From the NCBI GenBank assembly GCA_000442015.1, contig KE560847.1:1-61946 (forward strand): a stretch of DNA of 61,946 nt. Direction: 5' to 3'. The notes beneath the pieces were generated by a model that saw only the letters and a list, made by a program, of their open reading frames with translations, searched no databases and had not been told where the DNA came from. Both the position numbers and the translations under genes were made by a program. Source of the DNA: Rozella allomycis CSF55. Its lineage: Eukaryota. This document shows positions 52,686 to 61,946 of the stretch, in pieces; positions within the stretch are counted from its first letter, which is position 1; every line of letters begins with the position of its first letter.

Positions 52686-52809
52686 CTTTAGCAAAACAAA
52701 ATAAAAATTTAAATTATGAATTCAAAAAAAAAGAAGTTGTGCGCTTTTCACCATTTTCAATTGAAACACAATACCGATTTTTAGATGAGAAATATCAGAA
52801 ATTTAAAAT

Positions 52810-53657
52810 ATGGATGGAGTGATTCAAGAGTATGTTTCTTGTTCTACGAATAATTGTGATCCAACACGTTTCCAGTCTTTATTCAAAATTGGGAACCACC
52901 AACAATTTACTAGCAGTAATAAAAACCATGTTGGTGAGTACTTGAAGTTGAAACACAGAAGAGAAAGTATTAATGATGTAAGAAACATAAAAGTATCATG
53001 CTATAATGCATTAGCAGAAGATAAACAGAGTTTTATGGACTTGAAAAATTGCTCTTTAGGGTTCACTGATCAATTGAGGAATAAGATTGAAACAATACCT
53101 TTAAATTACGAGTTTGGGAAGAAAAACAAGCTTCCTGTCATCAAAAAAGTTGATAATGATACGAAGAATCAGTATACATCTAGTTCAACCATGTCAAGCG
53201 ATACAAAGGAAGAGGTCATTCCATTACCGTTATATTCATGCTCGGTGCATTTAGAGGGATTTATATTGCAAAGAGTAGACAAAGAGAGCTTTCAAGAAGT
53301 TTCAAGAAAAGTGTTCAAAAGAGTCTTCCTGATCTTGCATGGGACAATTATTAAAGAATTTGAATCACCGCCGACATCAATGGTAATTAATAGCCCATAT
53401 TTTTCCAGGATATTCAACCCACTAGAATTACTAGCACCCAATTTGCCAAAGTTCTCGCCCCTTCGTCCAGAGAGAATAAAAAGAAACTCCAATTATGCTT
53501 AATAACGCCATCTTCGACGTTTGTTTGGATATTTGATACCTTTGATAGTATGAAGCTTTGGCATGAGAATATTGATATGTCTATTGGAATCGCCACAAGC
53601 TTGGAAGCACGAGAATTGAGTGGTAGAAGCGGTCGTCCAGCAAGGAGGAGAACATAA
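52810..53657 (+). CDS. PH-like domain protein (fungal family)
   Basis: LPLYSCSVHLEG...KRVFLILHGT and a C-terminal W.ENIDMSIGIATSLEAR helix. Confidence 0.55.
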
Positions 53658-53692
53658 AAATTCTAAACTTTTTTTGTTAAATTAAACTTTAT

Positions 53693-54835
53693 TTAAGCCT
53701 CACAAAGGACCTTTGAATTTGCAACTCTTGCGTTTAGATTGTTTTCTTCATTTTCTTGTGATCTAAATAGAATTATCTCTTGCTGTTTAAAATAGCGTCT
53801 GTTTTCTTCATCTACCAGAACAAGATTTAAATAATAGCGAACTGAAAATCTCCTGTTGACTTCACGATAAGTTGGAGTCAAATCAAACCCATTCAAGAAC
53901 AATCTGATTGGAATCGTTTCACCTTTTAAAAATGATTACAATATTTTACCCTTGACCGGGGCGCCGTCCATTATTTCAAACCTTGTTAGAGTGTCATTTT
54001 CATGATATTGATTAGGTGCTTTTAAGAAAGAAGCAAGTGTTTACCGAGCCCGGACGATTCCCTACGGATTATAGACAACTCCATGTGTTTAATTTTGATT
54101 CTTATCAATATAAAATAAATCTTCCCAACAATAACATCCATTAAATGATACCTTTTACATTTCAGATTCAAGCTTACCTAGCCTTGTTGTATTCAAATTC
54201 AATATGCAAACAGTCTTCAATACCAACCTCCATTTTGATGCTTCCCAATAAATCTGTAGTATTCTTATAGCAATGCGTCCAAAAATCTTTTTCTTTGATC
54301 AAATCCGCCATTAACTTTCGTTTGACAGTGACCCGCACGAAATATCGAAGTCGAACATGAATCCCATTGTAACTTTCAAATGGCTTTTCCACCTTTTATT
54401 CTAAAACGTGGATTTTACCTTTTCAAATTTAAAGTTAAACGATTGAGTGTGAGAAAGTTCCCCCGGCCCAGCCATTTCGCTATGCAGAGATAGGAAAGTT
54501 GTTGGATTGTTTTTATCAAAGCTGTATTCTACAATCAAGAATATTAAATGCTACCAATTAAACCAATCAATTCACAATCAATGCCCTGATGTTCTAGCTT
54601 TTTCCCATCTTTTAAGCGTATAACAACCTATTTAGATCCATGTTTTAATATTTACTTTTCCTTCGAGGGTATCATCATCATGGAATAAAGCCAGTGTCTC
54701 GTATTTGTTCTCTTTTTGCTTTACTGTAATTTGACTTTGGTCTTTCTCTTCTTTAAAATAAATAAGGACTTCTGCAAGTGGTTTGAATGAAAAGAATGAC
54801 TTATATTTAACAAGTCAACAGTTACTTACTGTCAT
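53693..54835 (-). CDS. VPS26: Retromer subunit Vps26
   Basis: KPFESYNGIHVRLRYF, IKMEVGIEDCLHIEFEYNK and RYYLNLVLVDEENRRYFKQQEI. The first coding exon is 6 nt. Confidence 0.97.
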
Positions 54836-55187
54836 AGAATCCGAAATTTACCAGTTATAACCTGTAGGTTTCAATATAGAAAATCGGACAAGGCCCGGTC
54901 TTATTCACACATTCTTTCTTTCTATTTTCCATTGACAAACCGAGGGATTGTTGTAACATTCTATTATTAGTTGTTGAGTAGAATTGGATCAATGTCGCAA
55001 AGACTAAACAACCGCGCAATTTAAAAATCGAGTTAAAATTGTTCAATTTATGTTTAAAAAGAATACTATCACTATGTTTAGGATGTAAATTGAAAGCATT
55101 TTTTCAACACTCTCTTCGTCAAAGATTTCAATTTCAATGCTCCACTTTCAAGGTATTTTGATTTTCTCTTGTTGTTGTTGGAAACAA

Positions 55188-55770
55188 ATGACGACGACCA
55201 AAAGAATTGGCGCAATATTGATGGGAAATTTTGTTGAAGAAAGATCCGTTAAAGATTTGATTGAACAAGAGCAAGATTTCCGATTAATTTCAAGATTTGG
55301 TCATCAAGTAAGAGAAATATGTTGTACTAAGGAGGGGATATTAGAACATGACAAGAATGGGGTTCGCAACTTTGACACAACACAAAGAAACGATTTTCAA
55401 GGGAAATTGATGGATGACAAATCACGTGGACCAAAATCTAAATTATTTGAGCGCCAGTTATATGAGCAAGCCGTGTAATTGATATTTTATGCACGTTAAA
55501 AGAAAGGAAAGTAGTCGAAAAGATAAAGTTGATGAAAAAGTAGAGTGGCAAACCACTTGCCAATGTGATTTCAAGACTGATTTCGTGAGGGCTGCAGAAA
55601 ACTTTACCAATGTAATGATTAAGAAAGGATTAATAAAGATTATTGATCATCCAGTTACTATTCACAACCATAGTCATGTAAAGGATAACGTTGAGAAACT
55701 TTTCCACAAGGATACGGCGTTTTCAATTCCAATATATCATTATAATAAAAGCGAGGTTAAAGATTTGTAA
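55188..55770 (+). CDS. SPAG8/FAP143-like axonemal microtubule inner protein
   Basis: L.GNFVEER, RFGHQGIL, TTQRNDF, RGPKSKLFE and FHKDTAFSIPI parallel SPAG8 motifs (NWEEER, HGHRGLL, TTQKDSY, FRKN.SFSTP). Confidence 0.6.
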
Positions 55771-55819
55771 GTATTGTATTTATTTGATTAATTCAAATTG
55801 TGATTCGTTGCGACCCTTG

Positions 55820-55832
55820 TTTTGGCGCCAAA
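55820..55832. promoter_or_regulatory. Palindromic E2F site TTTTGGCGCCAAA
   Basis: Lies 11 bp upstream of the KNL1 ATG (55844). Confidence 0.6.
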
Positions 55833-55843
55833 TTTAGGATATA

Positions 55844-58800
55844 ATGGATGAGCCAAGTACACCAACAAGACGGAACAAATCGGTACATATGGATGATATG
55901 TTTGAAATAGAAGTATGGGATATTAAAATCGCCAGCCCCAGCAGTGTTGGAAGATTTGACAAATCAGGAGAGTCCCAGGTAATATATATGGCGAAAAAGG
56001 AGTAGGGACAATAAAAAAGCGAGGAGAAAAAGCCGACGTGTAAGTTTTGCACCACATACGTTTGTGAGGTAAAATCAGAAAGACGTTGAGAATAGATTGT
56101 TTGATGATCAGCAAGACCGACGATCACCCAACGCAGGGGAAGCAGGACATACACCGAGAAGAAGCCCGAGGAACAAAAGGATTAGTGATTTGTTTAGTCC
56201 AGCGCAAGGAGAACCATTTAGAATCCCCGACTTGTCTTCTGTTTCTAGGAACAGTGATGCATTTAATTTGCGATTGTCACTTGGAGAGTAAAAGAGTAGA
56301 ATGCAATGAAATAGTATGAGTGAACAGCCGCTTGAAGAAGTACTGGAAGTGAAAAAGGAAACGATGGAAACTGTAGAGGAGCCAAAAGTGCAAATAAAAG
56401 AAAAAAAGGAAATGCAAAAAGATGCACAAAAAGTAGCCATGGAAGATGTGATGAAAGTTGAAACTGAATTCGAACAATTAAAAGAAGCTGAAATGAATGA
56501 AGAAGCAACGGGAGATTGGAAAGATCCACAAATCGAAGTTTTGAACCAAGAAGATAGTGTAGTGGAGTATAGAGTGGGACCGAAAGAGAATGAAATAAGC
56601 AAAGTAGACAACGTGAAAGAGAATGAAACACACCAAGTGGATCAAGAAGAAAGTAAAAAGGAAATAGAGTTGACAAACTTTAAAGGTTACTCTGGGAGAT
56701 TACCAAGAGAGTCTGTGCGGTTGATTGAAGATAGTTCAGATGAAGATATGGAGTTTACTGTGCCTATAGGAGATGTGATTGAAGAAATGAATGAAGACAT
56801 GGAAATTACAATGCCAGTAGGCAAATTAATAAAAAACATTGAGAATCCATTCAATGATGTGACTGACGACAGAAAAGTAGAAGAAATGAAGGGAAAAGAA
56901 GTAGAAGTTGAAGAAAAAGTTGAAGTTGAAGAAAAAGTTGAAGTTGAAGAAAAAGTTGAAGTGGAACATGTAATAGTTGATAAAGTTGAACATGCAAAAG
57001 TAGAAGATGTAAAGGTTGAGAAATCAATTCAAATAAATTCGGAAATAGATTCACCAAAAGTGAAAAATGATTTTCCAATTTCTGTTAATTTTGATAGCCC
57101 TGTAATTAATAGTCCCATGGACAAGAGCATCGTTATAGATTTTGAATCTGAAAATGAAAGTGTTTTAATGAATGAAGAATGTGAAGAAGATAATTTCCAA
57201 TCAAAAGCAAAATTTAGGGAATCTATAGCTATTTTAGATCAGAATTCATCAGATTCAGAAATAGATGAGATCACTACGCCACCAAAAAAGATAAAAATAG
57301 TTCCAGATGCTACGCCATTCAAATCACAGACCCCAATTAGTGGAAGAAATATTTTATTGAAACAATCATTTTCAAACAGATTGAAAGAGAATAAAAGAAT
57401 AGAAGGAATTGAGCTAGTCACTCCATTCAAAGACATTAAAAACACTCCATACAAGAATACTATTTTTAACACCCCTGAATTTAACGATAAAATTGAAATT
57501 CTAGAAGAGCCAAAATTTATTGAATTAGATGAAACGACAAGAGATATAACTGCAATGGATGAATATAGTAGAGAAAGGGAGGAATATAATAGAGATGTAA
57601 CTGCAAGGGAAGGATGTAATAGAGATGGACTAAAGATAACTCAAAATTCTTCTTCTTCTACTACAGCTACTACAGCTACTACAGCAAATGCGCCTTTTAA
57701 TAATCCTCTCTTCCCTTTACTGGCAACACCCTTTAAATCAACTCCTTTGAAAAATGTTCCTTTTAAATCTCCTTTACATTCTCTAACCCCTGAATTAAAT
57801 GCATTCTTGAAAGAAAATGAATTGGAAATAAAAAATAATAAAATAAAAACACCCGAATCTGTAAAAAATTCATTCCAATCTTCCAAATTTAATAAATTGT
57901 GTCTTGAAAATGGAATTCACTTTTTAGATGACATGGCCACAGACATTAGAAGAGAAACTTTGATTTTTCCAAATTCTGAAAATAAAATCTCAAACGATAA
58001 ATCAAATCTTTTAAATTTCTGCATTTCAGTCCCTGAATTGGAAGTTTTTGAATTTGGTTGCAACGAATTAGAAAATTATGTTTCTGAAAGCAAAAAATCA
58101 TTTTCTACTCTACAAGAAGCATTCGAAGATAAACCCCTTCCGTCCTTCAACTCTTCCTTTCTGACTCGATTAAAGAACTACTCTAGAGCTCATGCTAAAA
58201 ATCAATGGTACTCTTGGAAACACAATCTTTTATCTCCAATTCACTCTGTTTTAAATGATCATCTAGAACATCTCAAAAGAGATTCATTCTACTTGAATCA
58301 ATTTTCTTCTACTCTGAAAGATTCCAGAAATTTACTAAACCTTAAATTATCGTCAATTAAATCTTTACATCAAAATTTATTACAAAAAGAATCTCTATCT
58401 CTCTCATTAAATGTCTCTAAAATTAATCAATTAAAAGATTTACTCAAAGATCAAACTGATCTATTATCTAAATTGAAATTAAAATCTATTCCTATTCAAT
58501 CCGAAATTTCACAAACTCAAGAATCACTCGATAATCTTTCATTAACAAAAATTAAACTCTTAAATGATATTGCATCCATCAAAGAATCAATTCTAAAATT
58601 CCAATCTTGCTCTTTAAAAAATATTGACACTCTGAAATCCAAACACTCCGTCATCACAAAATTCAAATTAAATTCACCACCGCCAATCTCTTTATTTCCA
58701 TTCAAAAATTTAGCGTCAGTCTCGCTTATTCTATCTGAAATTGAAATATTAAAAGTTTCATTTCACATTAAAATATCAAATGGTGAAATAAACGTCTTTG

Positions 58801-58987
58801 TGGTAAAACCTCAAGTAATCAATCATTTCTAATTTTATAGCTTAAACACAAGTTGGTAATCAAGCCTGGACCAAACTATCCAATCGACGCTCTATCAATC
58901 AATCCAATAATTCAATACGGCCCTATTGTGGATTATCCAACTTCTTATGTTGGCTATCTATCTGAATTTTGCAATAAATTGATTTGA
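55844..58987 (+). CDS. SPC105: Kinetochore scaffold Spc105/KNL1 (Spc7)
   Basis: The N-terminal exon has the GILK and SRRVSF PP1-docking motifs. MELT-like DMEFT and DMEIT follow, then an Spc7 domain (PELEVFEFGCNEL...LKNYSR..AK.QWY.W). Confidence 0.9.
56901..56961 (+). repeat. 18-bp coding tandem repeat (VEVEEK x ~3.5)
   Basis: GTTGAAGTTGAAGAAAAA repeated. Boundaries approximate. Confidence 0.8.
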
Positions 58988-59192
58988 TTTTAACTGGACT
59001 TTAATTTATTTAGTTTAAAGTGAAGTAGGCGATTTATTTGTTTAGTTTGAAGTGAAGAACAAATTCGTGTAATAACTAGTACAATACACTATACATTATA
59101 AAAAAATATCTTGAAGCATTTACTAGTGCCATCACATTTCATTTTCCTCGAAAGTGGGAAAACAAACAACTCATACCCCTGGAGAGGCTTAG

Positions 59193-60986
59193 ATGCAAAA
59201 TTTAAAAGACGACTTGAATATAGTAAAAGAAAAGGATCCAGAGTTTTTTGCCTTTTTAGAAAATGAGGATAAAGAACTATTGGGAGAAATCTACAATGAT
59301 AATGACGAACCGGCGTCAGAAAGTGAACATGAAACAGAAAACGACACGAGTGATGAAAACGATATAGAAAATGATATCGAGAATGGTGACAGTTTAGACA
59401 ATAAAATTACTGAAGGTTTAATAGATGAAGAGAAATCGGGTATCACTATTTTTCACTTTTAACTAGAAATTCTTACAAAAGAAAAAGTAGAAAAATGGAA
59501 GCGCATTCTTTCAAAGGAAAAAGTAAGAATATTTCAGTTAAAACCTTTTGTCGCACTGTTTCACGCGAGCATCACCCTGGACAGCTTTCAAACGGATTCG
59601 CCAGAAAGTAAGCAAAATGCGTAATGTTGATTTAGCTTTTAATCAATTGCTGCTACTTGCTCTTGATAAAGTTCCAATCATTCTAAAAGACCACCTTAGC
59701 GGCGACTATCGCTCAAATCCAAATTGGAAAGTTTGTTCAAGCACAGTCAAAAAGTTTCTTTTGGCATTAACAGAGCTTTTAAATAATACCTCTGATGAAT
59801 CAATCCTGTCATTTATTCTCGACAATATTTCATCCATTGTTGTCTTTGTTTTGGCATTCCCAAAATTATTAAAGAGCTTTTTGAAATCTTTGCTAAAGAC
59901 TTGGTCTTTTAACGAATCAACAAAAGTCCAATTGTATTCATTTGTTGCAATCAGAAATTTGGCATTGGGGGCTGTAAACTCTCCTCTATTCGAGGCCATC
60001 CTAAAACTAGCGTACGTTGAGTTTACTATTAGGGTGAAATTCTATAATATTCATCAAGCCGATCAAATAACCTTTGTTCTCAACGGTCTTAAAGAATTGA
60101 TGCTCATAAACGAGGCAAAGTCATATCCTCTAGCTTTTACTTGCATACGTCAACTTGCAATCACGTTAAGAAATGCCCTCGTAGAATCATCAAAGGAAAA
60201 TCAAAAAGCGGTTGTATGCTGGCAATTTATTTTCGCAGCAAAGACTTGGGCACTGGTGTTATCAGACGCTAGTGATAGTCCCCTTCTAATGGAGTTGATT
60301 TATCCTTTAGTTCAAGTCTTACAATCGTCCATCAAATTAGTGTACAATTCTCCCAAGCATGCTGCCTATTGTCTGCAAATCACCCGGATGTTGATTATGA
60401 TTTGCCAAAGAAGACAAGTTTATATTCCGCTTGGCCATTACATCTTTCCGGTACCTTATAAACCTCATATTGATAGTAGTTGATTCAGCAAGCAGACATG
60501 AACAACAAAAAATCTACAACTTTCAAAGTTTCAGATTTTTCTTTTATTATTAAAGTACCTAAAAACATTTCTCAATCTAAAATGTACAAAGAAAGGGTCG
60601 CTTTTGAAGCTGTAGATGCCTTTACTGCATATCTGTCATCGTTGTCGTCACTTCCTTCGTTTTATGAAATTTCCTATCCTATAATTCGCGAACTTAAACA
60701 TATTTCAAAAAACAATCTTAAGAATGTCAAGGTAATTAAAAAAATCGAAGAGTTGCTTAAAGTGGTATGGTTGCGTTTATTGTTCGTGACATAGTTAAAA
60801 GAAGAGCAAGAATATCAAATTAAAATGAGAAACGGGAAAGAATTACCAGGAAAAGAATTTACTGAAAACTATGGAAGTAGCCCTTTGCAAAAATTCTCCT
60901 CTTGGGTTGAAAATATTCGCCAAAAGCAAGTTAAGAATGCACTTAGTTTGGAATCTAAACCTTCACCCTCCAATAAAGAAGAATAG
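59193..60986 (+). CDS. NOC2: Nucleolar complex protein Noc2
   Basis: KEKDPEFFAFL, YPLAFTCIRQLAITLRNA, VCWQF and LIYPLVQV. The start may lie further upstream. Confidence 0.92.
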
Positions 60987-61147
60987 AATGTTTAAATAAA
61001 TCTATTTTTTTTCTTTTCTCTGGTGATGTCCTTCAAAATTCTTAAAAAAATTGGTATTTAATATCTAGTTTCTGTTTTTAACGTTCAAAAAGTTCACAGT
61101 TGATGTTATTGTAACATAATTAATCAGTAAAAGGGAAAGATAGTGGT

Positions 61148-61188
61148 ACCCATAAGGCTGAAACTCGACATTTTGTGGCGTATATATT
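61148..61188 (+). promoter_or_regulatory. U6 upstream promoter: PSE/USE-like ACCCATAA (-62) plus TATA (-29)
   Basis: ACCCATAA at 61148-61155 and TATATAT at 61181-61187, relative to an inferred +1 G at 61210. Confidence 0.55.
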
Positions 61189-61209
61189 GACTGAGGGAAG
61201 ATAGCTGTT

Positions 61210-61236
61210 GTCTTGGTTCTGCCAATGACATAAATG

Positions 61237-61267
<31 letters not shown>

Positions 61268-61332
61268 GGCCCCTGCAAAAGGATGACACGCATAACTTGA
61301 GATTAGCGGTACATTGTACCGGCAATTTTTTT
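61210..61332 (+). ncRNA. U6: U6 spliceosomal snRNA
   Basis: AAAATTGGAACGATACAGAGAAGATTAGCATGGCCCCTGC..AAGGATGACACGCA core (ACAGAGA box, AGC triad, ISL), a 5' hairpin and an oligo-T Pol III terminator at 61326-61332. Confidence 0.97.
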
Positions 61333-61340
61333 AATAATCA

Positions 61341-61404
61341 TTTGCTTCATTGAGTGTCTAAACCAAATTGTCTTTGCTTCATTGAGTGTCTAAACCAAAT
61401 TGTC
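61341..61404. repeat. Perfect 2 x 32 bp tandem duplication
   Basis: TTTGCTTCATTGAGTGTCTAAACCAAATTGTC occurs twice. Confidence 0.95.
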
Positions 61405-61591
61405 GGAATTTTATCCTTTGGTTCATTCATTCAAGTCTAATCCGTTCATTGTTCTTTGACACGTTGAACCTAGGGAAGCTTCGAAGGAAGAAATAGACAT
61501 CTTCATGGCTTTTAAAGAAAAATTTAATCATTAAATAAATTTTCTTTAACTTATAACTGACAAATCATATTTTATTAAATGTTTATTCCAG

Positions 61592-61946
61592 TCATCTCAG
61601 AATCATCGACGCATTCCTTTTTGCTAATGTGAAACTAAGCTTCAATCTGAGCCTGGGGTATACTACATTAGTTTCGATATTTTGCACATCGGACACTGCA
61701 TGCACGATACTTTAAGGAAAGCCAAAGAATCTACGCCCTCCATTCCTCCCCAGTTAATTCCATACACAAAGGCAAAAATATCAAACCTTTGACCTCACAC
61801 TTGTGCACCCGTTTCCCGTAAAAATCCTGGTCATTTTTCCGGTAATCTCCCAATTTTTTTTCCGTAGGATTCCAAAGAATTTTGAAATAATGTGGAATGC
61901 AGTCATTCTTCCATCTTCCATGTCTTGAGATAATCCATGTCTCCCG
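61592..61946 (-). mobile_element. Degenerate 3' end of an RLE-type (CRE-like) non-LTR retrotransposon
   Basis: Frameshifted minus-strand pieces read (P)GD..W.EDGRMTAF.I / KCEVKGLIFLPLCMELTG / GVDSLAFLK / IVHAVSD...RLKLSFTLAKRNASMIL*, the restriction-like endonuclease C-terminal pattern. Confidence 0.6.

Noticed and set aside
54855-55046. 63-aa ORF or ncRNA in the relatively long Vps26-SPAG8 spacer
   Set aside because: Non-ATG start, and no recognisable protein or RNA motifs.
56108-56676. Long antisense ORFs over KNL1 and similar shadow ORFs elsewhere
   Set aside because: They are by-products of purine-rich, low-complexity coding on the opposite strand.
61065-61325. 86-aa minus-strand ORF
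   Set aside because: It is the antisense of the U6 snRNA gene and its promoter.
61341-61404. 32-bp direct repeats as a CRISPR array
   Set aside because: Only two adjacent copies with no spacer, in a eukaryotic context with no cas genes.
61405-61500. Downstream B box for U6 (GGTTCATTC; GGTTCAACGT on minus)
   Set aside because: Neither fits GWTCRANNC well.

Overview
Very compact, AT-rich eukaryotic genomic DNA with about 36 tightly packed protein-coding genes. Most are interrupted by tiny (~24-35 nt) GT-AG introns, so the ORF track fragments them. Gene content combines fungal markers (Mdm12, DUF3245, Spc7-type KNL1) with flagellar genes (TTC29, SPAG8-like, Tubby) and ancestral eukaryotic genes missing from yeasts (atypical E2F, DONSON, PINCH, TMEM94, BRWD/PHIP, 4E-T-like). 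This points to an early-diverging zoosporic fungus, most likely a Cryptomycete such as Rozella (inference). Non-coding features are a U6 snRNA with an upstream PSE/USE-like element and TATA box, a Harbinger/Tourist-type MITE upstream of DHFR, and a degenerate RLE-type non-LTR retrotransposon 3' end. The most interesting observation is an unannotated 94-aa spliced protein with a KEN box, a D-box-like segment and a C-terminal MR tail. It resembles the plant UVI4/OSD1 APC/C inhibitors and has a canonical E2F site just upstream of its ATG. E2F-like sites also precede other cell-cycle genes in the window. CDS coordinates are gene spans including introns, built by manual reading, and some termini are approximate.
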